A stretch of 64,000 bases of DNA from Raja brachyura (lineage: Eukaryota). The position numbers were made by a program, and so were the translations under genes. The notes beneath the pieces were generated by a model, which was not told the origin of the DNA, did not search any database, and was given only the letters and a program-made list of their open reading frames with translations. The stretch covers positions 20,212,001-20,276,000 of the forward strand of contig OY740796.1 of assembly GCA_963514005.1 (NCBI GenBank), read 5' to 3'. Numbering within the stretch: position 1 is the stretch's first letter; the number at the start of each line of letters is the position of its first letter. This document shows positions 1-13,233 of this stretch, piece after piece.

Positions 1-55
1 AGGACAGTATGTAAGTAAAGAATTGTCACTGCATATTGACCATTGACTTGCCTAC

Positions 56-297
56 CTGACAGATCCAATTGGCGGAGGGTGGTAGTGAGGCATTGCATGT
101 CATCTTCTGGGTCTCGCTTGGCGATGGGTTCCACGTTGGGCACTTGCGCCGGACCGACGGAAGCGCTCTCCTCCTGGAAAGTCATAAGGGACACGCTCCT
201 TGGGATCTGAACTTCCGGCTGCTCCAAGATCATGAATATGTCGGACCTTGATCGGGGTAGAGTGAGGTTCCTTGCTCCTTGCTGTGTCGCCAAAGGT
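56..297 (-). CDS. CISH: CISH coding exon 2 (N-terminal region up to the start of the SH2 domain); gene continues left of the window
   Basis: Minus strand: acceptor ...ccgtag|A at 297, donor tcaG|gtaggc at 56. 242 nt, open frame (G)PLATQQGARNLTLPRSRSDIFMILEQPEVQIPRSVSLMTFQEESASVGPAQVPNVEPIAKRDPEDDMQCLTTTLRQLDLS(G), resembling CISH [20 protein letters not shown](WYWG). Phase fits exon 1 (GG+A = Gly). Confidence 0.88.
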
Positions 298-611
298 CTA
301 CGGGTACGGAAGGAGTGGGGAGAGGAGGGTGCGAATGCATTGGTGGGGGGGGGGGAAGAGAGAGAGAGAAAAAATATGTTTATTTCAATATGAATATCCA
401 CACCATAAGTACGGCCCACTTACATCCCCGAAATTGTGAGAGATATAAAATATATTCCAGACACATGGAATCTCAAGCAACTTGGTGTAACTCAATGGGA
501 CAGACAGTATCTCCGGAGGACATGGATAGACAACACAGAACATTACAGCATTGGAACAGGCCCTTCAGCCCGCGATGTCTGTGCCGAACAAAATGCCAAG
601 ACCAACTCTCA

Positions 612-845
612 AGGGCCTGTCCCACTTAGGCTATTTTTAGGTGACTGCCGGCGACTGTCATAGTCGTAGCTGGTCACCGGAAAAACCGGCGACTGGACCC
701 CCCTTTGACATAAAATCTGAAATAGAATCATAACTTTAACCACAGCACCGGCGACAACCTACGTTAACCTGGCAACAACTACGTCAGGAGAAGTCAAGCT
801 ACTCCCATTGGCGTCAAACCCACTGTCCCCGACTGTCCGATCAGG
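612..845. mobile_element. Partial Harbinger-type MITE (one end)
   Basis: Begins AGGGCCTGTCCCACTT like the other copies; the second TIR was not found. Confidence 0.55.
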
Positions 846-1559
846 ACCCTTCCTCGAACTGATTGTGGGAGGGACTGGAGTGATATGGGTCTCATGTAGT
901 CTGCTTAAGTGCGCAATGACTATGCCTCTTGCATATAAGATCACCTGGCACTACTTGAAAGATGCAAAGCTAGATTATCGGTGATATCCCACCCACGGTT
1001 TGTCCCTCAAAGGGGCGGCACAATAACACTGCAATAGAGTTGCTGCCTCACAGCGCCAGAGACCCGAGTTCGATCCTAACTACGGGTGCTGCACGTATGG
1101 AGTTTGTAGGTTCTCCCTGTGACCGTGTGGGTTTTCTCCGGGTGCTCTGGTTTCAAGGATCGAATCCGGGTCTCTAGCGCAGTGCGGCTATAACACTACC
1201 GGCGTGTTGCCCATGCTAGATACTAGGGATGATTCCAACCTTTAAATCCCTTTAGTTGCCAGTGGAGCTGATTAAATTAAATCAAAGTCGATGCCCTAAT
1301 AAAACCGATACTCAGATCAAGCATTTATTGCTTCAGTAATGTTGTGACCTTTTCGACCCGAGGCTCAAACATCAATCAGCAAGGACAATGCTGAGAATGT
1401 TACGGTGCAGTTGTAAGTCCCCAGTCACCACTGACTGGAGCACAAAGCATCATCCAATGTGAACAGCAGCACAATTTTCTTTTGCTTAATATTTTTATAA
1501 TTCACGATGAGAATGAGTCCATTTATATAATCAAGATGTTGAGGCTTAATGTGCTGGAG

Positions 1560-1878
1560 TAATGTTGGGGGAGTCCAGAACCAGGGGCCACCGTTTAAGA
1601 ATAAGGGGTAAGCCATATAGAACGGAGATGAAGAAACACTTTTTCACACAGAGAGTTGTGGGTCTGTGGAATGCTCTGCCTCAGAGGGCGGTGGATGCGG
1701 GTTCTCTGGATGCTTTCAAGAGAGAGCTTGATAGGGCTCTTAAAGATAGCGGAGTCCGGGGATATGGGGAGAAGGCAGGAACGGGGTACTGATTGGGAAT
1801 GATCAGCCATGATCACGTTGAATGGCGGTGCTGACTCGTAGGGCTGAATGGCCTACTCCTGCACCTATTGTCTATTGT
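1560..1878 (+). mobile_element. CR1/HER1 3' end fragment (others at ~5990-6440-, 7250-7670-, 7700-8125+, 9725-10320+, 10960-11370-, 15820-16300-, 24350-24760+, 27420-27820+)
   Basis: SRTRGH...FFTQRVVGLWNALP...FKRELD motif with the conserved tail ggctgaatggcctactcctgcacctattgtctattg. Confidence 0.9.
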
Positions 1879-3649
1879 AATTCAGCGGGTCAGGCATCAT
1901 CTCTGGAGAACATGGAGAGGCGACATTTCAGGTTGGGACCCTTCTTCAGACCGATTGGAAAAGGGTCTGAAGTCTGAAGAAGGGTCTCAACCTGAAACGT
2001 CACCTATCCATGTTCTCTAAGGATGGTGCCTGACCCGTTGGATTACTCCAGCACTATTTGTCTATCTTCGCTATAAACCAGCATCTGCAGTTATTTGTTT
2101 TTACTGATGCTGTCTGGCCTGTTGAGTTACGGCAGCACTTTGTGGCTTCTTTTCCCCCATAAACCAGCATCTGCAGTTCCTTGGATCCACAAGTGAATGA
2201 GGCTGCTCAGCTCGTCAATCAAGATGAGGCCATTTCACCCATCAAGTCAGTGTTTCCCTTGTTTCATCAATGAGAGCGAGGGCATTCAGCCCATCAGGTG
2301 GATGCAGCCTTCGGTGCATCAGTAAGGGCCATTATTAGGTCCATCAAGAGGAGACTGTCCAGTTCATCAATGAGAATTAGGCCATTTGGCCCATCGAGTC
2401 TATACCAGCTCTCAGGGCAGTCTGATCAATGTCCTCCAATGTCACCATCTATTTCCCTGCAGGTAATATTCCCACTACCCATCCGCACCAGAGTTGACCC
2501 AGAGCAGCTAATTAACACCAACCAGACAGGAAAATAGAGCACTCGGGGGAAACCCATGGGGTCACTCAGGGGAGATGTGCAAACGACTCAGAGAGGCTGG
2601 AGTGGAACGGAGGGCCGGTAAACAGACCGGCTACGGGAGAGATTGCTCGGTCTCGACGGGGGAGTGGGTCGCTGGAGACCCTGCAGCTGCCTGGGGCTCG
2701 GCTGGACCCGGGGCCGCTACGGTCCACGTGTCAGGCGCGTGGAGCGGACACGGCCCACAGCTGTGTACCAGCAGCGGAGCACATCACAGCTATGCTTGGC
2801 CAGGCCGACCCTGCAACATCGCCATGACAACGGGCCTTCATGGTCAGGTCAAGATCCTTGCATTTACAACAACTGGGACTTGAAAATTGAACCAAACCTG
2901 TGACTCTGTATCCTGTCTCAGTGTACGACTGCTGTACACTTGTACTGTATCGGACATGCTTATCTAAGATGTATCTCAGAGCTTATGAAAAGGGATACTT
3001 CTAGCGAGCTTTTTACAAAAATGAATTTCATACTGTATCGTTAAACCAGAAACATGGGTGTTTCCAAAACCTAGCAAGTCATTCAGTTACATAAAGCAGC
3101 AAGAACAACAAACCCAGGCTGCCAACTCCACACGTCATTGGGGAAAATGACTGTCATGTCCTGTGATTTGCAGGAGATACAGGGATGGGTGGAGTTACAG
3201 CCATGGCCTTCACTGCAAAGAAAACAAGAACAGTGTGTTTACTGGGAGAGAGGCACGCAACAAGTGTGTCAATGAGCCAAACATCCACTTCTCAATTCAG
3301 GCTTCCTCACCAGTAAACAGTGTCAATTAGCGGGGCTTACGTTTGCCTCGTGAAAACAAGGAAAGCAGTAAAAATGGAGAAGAAGGGTCCCGACCTGAAG
3401 CGTCACCCATCTACAGTATGTTCTCCAGAGAACCTGCCAGAACTGCTGAGTTACTCTAGCACTTTGTGAGTGTTCATGTGTGCGAGTTCTAGGAGCAGAA
3501 TTAGAACATTCGGCCCATCAAGTCTGCTCTACCGCTGTACCCACTGGACAACTTAAGAAGCTGCTGCCATTTTACATTTGGCGCTGTGGTTGGTTCATAC
3601 TGATCCATAAAGAGGTGGAATTAGCGAAGCCACAGAAGTGGTTTGACTT

Positions 3650-3906
3650 CACACACACACGTGAACACACACAGAGGTGAACACACACACACACACGTGA
3701 ACACACACACACGTGAACACATGAACACACACGTGAACACACACACACGTGAACACACACACGTGAACACACACACACACACACGTGAACACATGAACAC
3801 ACACGTGAACACACACACACATGAACACACACACACGTGAACACACACACACACGTGAACACACACACATGCACAAGTGAACACACACGTGAACACACAC
3901 ACACAC
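3650..3906 (+). repeat. Compound (CA)n-GTGAA minisatellite
   Basis: Repeated (AC)nGTGA units; the source of the V/C/H/T-rich spurious ORFs. Confidence 0.97.
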
Positions 3907-6900
3907 TTCACATTCCTTCAGCTGCTTTCACAGGACAGAGATTTCCACACAGACCCAGGATTGGTAGACGCAAAGCTGGATTACAGAAACAAAGACACAA
4001 AGTGCTGGAGTAACTCAACATGTCCAGCATCATCTCTGGAGAACATGGATAGGTTATATAGGTTATTTCAGGTCGGGACTGGTCGCAGTGGGGGGGGGGG
4101 GGGGGAGCTGTAAAATAGATAATGGGGCAGGACAAAGCCCCTAGGCTCTGTAGGGATGAGACTAAGACTGACCACCATTCACTAAGGTGAGGGGCCAGAT
4201 GGGTTTGTCTGCGATTTGGACGAATGTGTGATGGGTTCACATCAGAGAATACAATGTTCCAATTTTAAACATTGGCTGTTGTTCAAAATCGTGGAAAAAT
4301 ATGTCCTTTTTAATGTTATCTTCTTTCAATTTCCAAGGCCACGGTATTATTCCTCTGCAAAGCAGCTCGCAATGCTGATAGTTTTAGATTTTAGTTTGTA
4401 TTTTTTAGAGATACAGCGTGGAGGCAGGCCCTTCGGCCAATCGGGTCCGCGCCGACCAGCGATCCCCCGTACACACGTTCTATCTTACACACTATCCTAC
4501 ACACAATGTTACAGAGGAATGTTTTATTGTCATATATCCCAATCAGAAAATTGGGATTCTTACTTGAAGCAACACAACAGAATATGTACTTTCTCATCCG
4601 CTCCCTTACACACCAGGGGACAGTTTACAGAAGCCAATTAACCTACAAACCTGCACTCTTTGGAATGTGGGAGGAAACCGGAGCACCCAGTGAAAACCCA
4701 CATGCGCACCGGGAGAACGCACAAATTCCCTAGAAATACCACCCGAGGTCAGGATCGAACCCGGGTCTCTGGCGCTGTGAGATAGCAACTCTACCGCTGC
4801 GCCACCGTGCCACCTTAGACCCACAACCTTGGCTGATAGTCGCAATGGAACTGATGCTCCACAATGCTGAGAACTATATTCTGCACTCGGTGTCTTTCCC
4901 TTTGCTCCACCTATTGTATTTGAGTTTGGCTCGATTCCCCCCTCTCCCATCAGGCAGGACGTACTGACGTTTGAAAGCGCACACTTCCAGATTGAGGATA
5001 AAGCTGCTGCTGCTGCTGATGATACTTTATTGTCACATGTATCGATGTACCTGGGCACAGTGAAGATCTGAGCCAGTAAAATCCTACTATAGATAAGCTC
5101 TATCGTGGATAAGTACAAAAGTGCAACAATTGTAGTATAATAGTAGACATCCACCGAGACAGCACACAGAGTCGCCATGCTTCTGGAGCCCACAATGTTT
5201 CAAAGTTTCAAAATTCAGGGACAGTTTCTTCCCAGCTGTTATCAGGCAACTAAACTACAATACCATCAACTAGAGTGAGGTCCTCACCTCCCATCCAGCT
5301 CATTGAAGACCTTTGAACTATCTTCAATTTGACCTTATCTTGCACTAAATAATATAGCCTTTATCCTGCATCTGTACACTGTGGATGGCTTGATTGTAAT
5401 GTATAATCTTTCCATTGACTGGATAGCATGCAATGGGAAAAGATTTTCATTGTACCTCGGTACACGTAACAATAATAAACTAAACTACAGCAAGCAGCTG
5501 GTAGAGACCCAGGTTCGAGCCTGACCTCGGATGCTGCCCGTGTGGAGTTTGTATGTTTTTCCCGTGACCATGTGTTCTCCGGTTTCCTTCCACATCCCAA
5601 AGACGTGTGGGTTTGTAGGTTGGTTGGTCTCTGTAAAATTGCCCCCTTGTGTGTCGGGAGCGGACGAGAAAGTGGGATAACCTACAACTGGTGTGAATGA
5701 GCGATCGGTGGTCGGCGTGGACTTGGTGGGCCGAAGGGCCTGTTTCCATGCTGTACCTCTCCAAAACGTAACCTAAGTACCTCAGTACGCACAACAATAA
5801 TGAACCTGAACCTAGCAATGCAGCACAGTGTGGGATCAATACACTGTCAGAGATGCTGGTTTCAAGCAGTTATGTTAAATGAAGCCTTTGCCTGACTTTG
5901 TTGATACATTTAGAGTCTCTATGAGACTCAATTTATATTCAATGGAGTCTTCACCAAATCTCCTCAATCTTCTAAGGAAGTAAAGGCATTAGAGTCATAG
6001 AGTCATACAGCTTGGAAACAGGCCCTTTGGCCCAATTTGCCCATGCCGACCAACATGTCCCATCTACACTAGTCCTATCTGCCTTTGTTTGGCCCATATC
6101 CCTTTAAACCTATCCTATCCATGTACCTGTCCAAATGCTTTCTAAACGTTTTGATAGTACCTGCCTCAACTACCTCCTCCAGAAGCTCGTTCCATACACT
6201 CATCACCCTTTGTGCAAAACGTTGCCCCTCATGTTCCTATTAAATCTTTACCCTCTCACTTTAAACCCATGTCCTCTGGTTCTTAATCCTCCTCCACTGG
6301 GTAAAAGTCTTTTGCATCTATCCTATCTATTCCTCCCATGATCTTATACACCCCTATTAGACCACCCCAGCCACCTGCACTGTAAGGAACAAAGTCCTAG
6401 CCTACCCCAACCTCTCTCTATAACTCAGGCCGTCCGGGCTTGTTTCAGAGAACAGCTGGGGATTTTAACTTTGATTGATAGACTGTTGAACGTTTGTGGC
6501 TTCCTGAGCACGATTCCCATCCCCGTACGTTCCCCACGCGACGCTTGAGAAGTTGTACGCTGCTTGTAGGCTAATGACGCATCCTGACCTCGTGAGAATT
6601 ATGGGGGGAAAAAAGCTGCAGATGCTTGAAAAGTGAAATAACAACTGAAAATGTCACAATCATTCAGCAGGTCAGGTAGCATCTACAGAGGGGGAAACAA
6701 TTACTGTTTTTGGTCTGATACCCGTTGACTGGTGATTGCTTCGCTTGTTCATTGTTCCTCTTTCTAGTGCTTTCTGTTCTTGCTCCTGAGCTCGTGAGAT
6801 TAATAATTCATAACTTAAGTTTTATGCATTTTTGCATTTTCTTCGCTTCATTCCTTCCCGCCCACCCACTCCCCCCAACTGTGCCAACTGGAGTTATCTG

Positions 6901-8214
6901 TGCCTGGCAAGTGTGCGTGTGTGTAAGTGGGTGAACTAACTCACAATGACTTGTAGAGTAACACAGCACAGAAACAAACCCTTCAGCCCAACTCATCCGC
7001 ATTAGGGCAGCACAGTGGTGCAGCAGTAAAGTTGCTGTCTTACAGCGACAGAGACCCAGGTTCGATCCTGACTACGGGTGCTGTCTGTACACCCACACTC
7101 CAAAGGAATGCAGGTTTGTAGGTTAATTGGCTTTGGTAAAATTGTAAATTGTCCCTGGTGTGCAGTGATGGGCGTGATCACTGGTCAGCATGGACTTGGT
7201 GGGCCGAAGGGTCTGTTCCACGCTGTATCTCTAAAGTCTAAATTCTAAAAGTCATCCATTCTGGCCAAGATGCCCCATTTAAACTAATCCCATTTGGCCC
7301 ATATCCCTCTAAACCTGATCTATCCATGTACCTGTCCAGGTGTCTTTTAAATATTTGCATAGTACCTCCTCTAGCAGCTCATTCTGTACACCCACCACCC
7401 TCTGCGAGAAAACGTTATCCCTAAGTTTCCTATTAAATCTTGCCCCTCTTACCTTAAACCTATGCCCTCTGGTTCTTAATTTCCCTACTCTGTAAAAGAC
7501 TGTGCATTCACCCTATCTATTCCCCATGTGATGTTCTACATCTCTATAAGATTACTCCTCATCCTCCTGCACTCTAAGAAATAAAGTCCTAGCCTGTTTA
7601 ACCTTTCCCTATAGCTCAGGCCTGGAGTCCTGGCGACATCCTCGTAAACTTTCTCTGTACATTCTTGCGTGTACCTTCCTACACGGTTCAACTGAGGTTG
7701 GTGCAGAAGCTGCAGACGCTGCAACCAGTGACGAGCGGAGTTCCGCGGGAGTCGGTGCTGGGGCCGCTACTTTTCACTTTGTGGATTTGGACGAGGGAAT
7801 TGGAAAGTCTAGGAAAAGATTTAGGACCAGAGGCCATAGCTTCAGAATAAAAGGACATACCTTTAGAAAGGAGATGTGGACGAATTTCTTTAGTCAGAGG
7901 GCAGTGAACCTGTGGAATTCATTGCCACAGAAGGCTGTGGAAGCCAAGTCAATGTGTATTTTTAAGACGGAGATTGCACATTCTTGATTAGCACGGGTGT
8001 CAGGGGTTATAGTGAGAAAGCAAGAGAATGGGGTTGTGAGGGAAAGATAGATTAGCCGATCAGCCATGATTGAATGACGGAGTAGACTTGATGGGCTAAA
8101 TGGCCTAATTTTGTTCCTGTAACTCAACTGTGGTCTTGGGCAGAGCTGTTCCAAAACCAGGCTGTGATGCAACCTAGCCAGTGTGATGGACTGGGCTATA
8201 TTCTTATTGATGGA

Positions 8215-8425
8215 AGGAACTGCAGATGATGCTTTAAACTGAAGTTAGACACAAAATGCTGGAGTAACTCAGCAGGACAGGCAGCATCTCTGGACGGAAG
8301 GAATGGGGGACGTTTCGGGTCGAGACCCTTCTTCAATCTGAAGTCTCGACCTGAAACGTTATCCATTCCTTCCCTCCAGAGATGCTGCCTGTCCTGCTGA
8401 GTTACTCCAGCATTTTGTGTCCTTC
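8215..8425. mobile_element. Fold-back (long palindromic) element with Penelope-like ends; about two dozen complete or half copies (e.g. 1880-2100, 9350-9680, 29470-29637, 33215-33430, 38160-38350, 59870-60010, 60325-60450)
   Basis: Arm acacaaaatgctggagtaactcagcaggacaggcagcatctctgga...gacgtttcgggtcgagacccttcttca followed by its reverse complement; CTGAAGAAG...GAAACGTC at the centre. Confidence 0.8.
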
Positions 8426-11400
8426 TTTGGATATATTCGTTTTCCCTTTGAGGTCTTCTAGAGCTACACTGGTGCATTGCAGTGGAGAAAGAGAGAGAGC
8501 GGGGAGGGGGGGGTTGAAAAGCAAGTGGGAGGGGGGTGAGGATTTAAAGAAAGGCTCCAGAAGTCAGATTCTCCCCCCCCCCCCCCCCCCCCACAAAAAA
8601 AAACCTTGAAGGTTTTACTGGGAGTGAAAGGGTTCTTCCCTTTCTCTGCTTCCTGCCCACGTTTCAGATCAAAAATAGCGACTTCTTGTGTAATAATGCA
8701 AAGGTTCAAGTTTGCAAACACTAATCCCGGTCATGAAATTCAGGCAAATTGGTCTGTTCAAATGATTCCCACATCCCAACGAAACCCTCGCAGTTTCTGC
8801 CCAGTGCTCGCAGTTCCTTCTCCCCCCCCCCCCCAACCCCCCTCGCCCTTCTACCACATTATCGCCTCTTTCTCCCCCCCCCCCCCCCCCCCCCCACCAC
8901 CACCACCACCACCACCAAAACCACTGACTCTCAGCCATTTGCCACTAGAGGTTCGAGCCTCTCTCTCCCCCACCTCTTGCAAACTTGCTCTTAAATCACT
9001 GTTCAGCTTATTGTGATGTTTCATTGTGGGGGGGGGGGGGGGGGGGGGGCTGTGTGAATGGTGCGGGTTGTTGTTGTTCCAAGAGCCGCCGGATTCAAAG
9101 AGGAAGCCAAATGTGAGTTCAAATTTAGTAGGGTGAGGAGAGGGGAGGGGCTTTCAGGAGTTGGTTGGCCGGGGTGAGGGGGAACTGGGGGGGGGGGGGG
9201 GGGGCATTAGCAGAGGTGTCTCACTGATGGGGATCGTGGAAGAGCGCCGCTGGAAGGATGTGGACGTCAGCAGATAGTCAAGTAGTCATCACCGCGCTAT
9301 CGTGTAGTGAATACACCCACCGCACACACGTCGCTCGTCAGGCAAGTGGCAACACGAGGAAGTGCAGATGCTGGAACCGCGGCTAAAACCCAAAGTGCTG
9401 GAGGAACTCAGCAGGTCAGGCGGCATCTGTGGTGGGAAATGGACAGGAGATGTTTAGTGTTGGGACCTTTCTACAGACTGTGCAGGAAGGAACTGCAGGT
9501 GCTGCTTTACACCGAAGATAGACACAAAATGCTGGAGTGACTCCGCGGGACCAGAGAACATGGATAGGTGACGTTTCGGATCGGGACAGTCTGGAGAAGG
9601 GTCCCGACCCGAAATGCCACCGATTCCTGTTCTCCAGAGATGCTGCCTGACCCGCTGAGTAACTCCAGCACTTAGTGCCTTTCTGCAGACTGGTGGCACT
9701 CAAGGGCTCAATTCCTGAGAACTGTCAATTAAAAGACACTCGGACAGGTACATGGAGAGGGAAGGTTTAGAGGGATATGGGCCAAAGCGGGCAAAAGGGA
9801 CTAGCATAGATGGGGCATCTCGGTCGGCAAGGGCGTTGGGCCGAAAGGACCCGTTTCCGTGCTGTATGATTAAGACAATTCTTCCAATCAGTTTGAGGCA
9901 TTGGGTTTTCCATAGTAACCACTATATATCTTACAGAAACATATTAAATTCTTAAGGGATTGGACAGACTAGATGCAGGAAAAATGCTCCCGATGTTGGG
10001 GGAGTCGAGAACCAGTGGGTCACTATTTAAGAATAAGGGGTAGGCCATTTAGGACTGAGATGAGAAAAAAACATTTTCACCCAGAGAGTTGTGAATCTGT
10101 GGAATTCTCTGCCGCAGAAGGCAGTGGAGGCCAATTCGCTGGATGGTTGCAAGAGAGAGTTAGATAGATCTCTTAGGGCTAACAGAATCAAGGGATATGG
10201 GGAGAAAGCAGGAACGGGGTACTGATTTTAGATGATCATGATCATATTGAATAGCGCTGCTGACTCGAAGGGCCGAATGGCCTACCCCTGCACCTATTTT
10301 CTATGACTCTATGTTTCTCTATGGGAATGGACAGACGGCGTTTCGAGGCTGAAGAGTCCCGACCTGAAACATCCACTGCCAATTTGCCCGCAGATGCTGC
10401 CCGACCCACGGAGTTCCTCCAGCACTGTGTTCTGGCCAGTAAGTGGCCAATGTTATATTTTAGTGAACCAATAAAATTGGGATGATGGAATAACTGAGTC
10501 CGAGGCAGGGTCTCGACCCGTAATCATATTCCTTTTCTCCAGAGATGCTGCCTGACCCGCCGGGTTCCTCCAGTATTGTGTGTCTATCTTCGGTGCTAGT
10601 CGAGGCACATGGACTTCAACAACCCAAGTCTCCGTTGTCTACACCAGTGGAGACCAATTGCAGCTTTTTTTTTCCGCAGCCCGTTACAAACATTACATAA
10701 CACAGGACAACCAACTTGCAAAGCATTCACTAGGATTCTCACCGCCATTGTTCCACGCCGTAAACATTCTGAATCCGTTTAGGGATGTGTCTCTAAACAT
10801 ATTATTTTATTATTCCGGACAGAAAGTCGAACTCAGGACAACAAATTCGCGCAGTCGCCACAGAACGAATTGAAATGACAAAACTCGTCTCCGGCAATGT
10901 TAGCCTGGGGAACTGGCCGGGTTTTGTACAGGTTCATGGGTTGCATCTTCCCTCTTTTCACAGAGTCACACAGCGTGGAAACAGGCCCTTCGGCCCCACT
11001 TGCCCACACCGACCAGCATGCCCCGCCGACACTAGTGCCACCTGCCTGCGTTTGGCCCATATCCCTGTAAACCTATCATCCAAATCGACCTGTGTAGTGA
11101 GGATCTGAAGATGCTGGTTTGCACCGAAAATCGATACAAAAGGCTGGTTTGTTTAAATGTTTCTTGAACGTTGCGACAGCACCACGCGGCAACTTGTTCC
11201 AAACATCCACCACCCTTTGTATAAAAAAGTTGCCTTTCAGGTTCCTATAAAATCTTCCCCTTCACCTTAAACCTCGGTCCGGTGTTTCTTGACCCCCCCC
11301 CCCCCCCCCCGGGCAGGAGACTCTGTGCGTTTACCCGATCTATTACTCTTATGACTTTGCACACTTATATACAACATTTATTTCAGAGTTAATCAAATCT

Positions 11401-11582
11401 CTGCGTCAACGAATCCGCCAAAGGTTTGCCCTGCTAGTTGAGGGTAATGGGACATTTAACCAGGTTTTGTACTCACTTTTGAATGTTTCTAGTCCTCGAT
11501 TCTGTTCCGCGGCAATCATACACAAGATATCAAAACACCCTTCACACTGGAGGCAAATTAAACAGAAAAACGCAACGCTTAC

Positions 11583-11602
11583 CCTTGCAAACAGAGTAAC
11601 AT
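11583..11602 (-). CDS. CISH: CISH coding part of exon 1 (MLLCLQG)
   Basis: Minus strand ATG TTA CTC TGT TTG CAA GG|gtaagc. Matches the mammalian CISH start MVLCVQG, ends in a strong donor, is phase-compatible with exon 297-56, and lies just downstream of a STAT-site cluster. Confidence 0.88.
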
Positions 11603-11927
11603 GTCAAGTTCGAGAGATGCAAATCCTTGGTGCTCGTTTTCCAAAATAGGGCGGAGGTTAAGGTGAGCAGAACAGGTGAGAGAAGGAAGACCTTGTTTTT
11701 TTAAGTGTGTGTATATATATATATATACACCGGTTAAACAAAATAATTAATATTTACACCCCCGCCTTGTTTGTTTCCTGGCCCTTTTCTCTGCTCCGGT
11801 TCAGATGAATTCAGAGAGAGACAGGTCTGCTGTAAACATCCCAAGTTCCAAGTTCAAATGCAGGGCGCAGGTTGAGTGCGGCAGCACTGGTCGTAACTGC
11901 TGGTTTTAGATGCCCTTGCTAATGTGA

Positions 11928-12290
11928 TTCCAAGAACGAAAAGGGAGGGTTCCTGGAATTGCACGAAACAGCTTGCAACTTGCAAGAAGGACTACAATGG
12001 GTTCAGTCGGACAGAAACAACCGGGCAGCGAGCAGCACTGCTATAGCTGCCATCTGTTGCTCCGTGTGCCCTTGAGTTGAGTGTGTGTGTGTGCAAATGT
12101 GCGCGTAATTCGCGATAAAGGGCGCTTAACAGTCATCGACTTCCCCTCTCTCTGGATCCGGCTTCTGCCCAAGAATGTGTCACAGCCCACGACGGAAATG
12201 CCTTTGATCCAGTTCCAGGAAATTTCCAAGAATTCGCAGCCGAGCGTCATGCAAAGGAAGGAGACTTTGTGAAAGAAAAGCCAATGAACG
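11928..12290 (-). promoter_or_regulatory. CISH promoter with four TTCN3GAA (STAT5/GAS) sites in two tandem pairs
   Basis: TTCCAAGAA 11928-11936, TTCCTGGAA 11950-11958, TTCCAGGAA 12213-12221, TTCCAAGAA 12224-12232. Also degenerate TTGCAAGAA 11980-11988, ETS-like CGGAAAT ~12193, TCF/LEF-like CCTTTGATC 12201-12209 and CCAAT ~12281. CpG-enriched and repeat-free. Confidence 0.85.
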
Positions 12291-13049
12291 CGCTTGGAGG
12301 CGTTGCGACTGGATTTTTTTTAAACCACGCTGTGTGCAACACAGAACCTCGGCCAAACACGCACACACCGGCATTACATCAAATCGCTTCAGGCTTTCCA
12401 TTCTCTCTAATCCTACGAACGACCATTTTTTAGGAGGTTTGCATTATTTTAACCTTGCAACGACCAGTCAAGTTCTGCTGAGTTTATTGTCATATGGACC
12501 AGTACAGAGCAGGTGCACAGTGAACAATGGACAGCTTGCATGCAGCAGCATCACTGGCACATGGACTCAGATAACACACAAACACATATTGTACATCAAT
12601 TCTACAATAATTTTTAAAGAGGAGAAGACTATCCCGAAAAGAGCAAGATATCAGTGCAGAAATACACAATTCTCAATTCAATTCAACGATTCAATAAACC
12701 TTAGGCATAATGAAATGCTTCGTGTTGCGTGCAGCCCGGTAAAACCATACAGCAGACCTCTACTAGGCAGAACACAAAGAGTCACCATGTTTCTGGCAAA
12801 GTTACAAAAGTATCGAACAGGTGTATCTTCTGCTACGTGGCAGCAGGTGGCCACTCGACCCCCTCCCTTCATCCATGGTTGCGCAAAAGGTTTCATTTAA
12901 GTTAGATACAGCATATTAATTGGCCCACCGAGTCCACCACGACCATCGATCACGCCAGTCCCATGTTATCCCACTTTCTCATCCACTCCCTACACACAAG
13001 GGCGTTATTTACAGTGGGCCAATTAACCCACAAACCTGAACGTCTTTGG

Positions 13050-13233
13050 GATGTGGGGGTGTGGGTGGGGGGTGGTGGGTGTGGGGGGGGGGGGGGGTGG
13101 GTGGTGGGGTGAGGGTGGGGGTGAGGGTGGGGGGGGGTGGTGGTGGGGTGAGGGTGGGGGGGGTGGTGGTGGGGTGAGGGTGGGGGGGGTGGTGGGGTGA
13201 GGGTGGGGGGTGGTGGGGTGAGGGGGTGGGGGG
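13050..13233 (+). repeat. G-rich (GGT/GGGGTGAGGGT)n expansion inside a SINE
   Basis: Interrupts the SINE at gatgtggg|...|ggaaaccggagcacc. Confidence 0.9.

Noticed and set aside
69-251. Plus-strand 60-aa ORF
   Set aside because: Antisense shadow of CISH exon 2.
3572-3911. Cys/Val/His-rich ORFs resembling metal-binding proteins
   Set aside because: Artefacts of the CA-based minisatellite.
8606-9016. Pro-rich ORFs (also 13009-13290)
   Set aside because: Derived from poly-C and G-rich simple repeats.
11708-11730. (TA)n run as the CISH TATA box
   Set aside because: Looks like a microsatellite after a (TG) run; the TSS cannot be placed from sequence alone.
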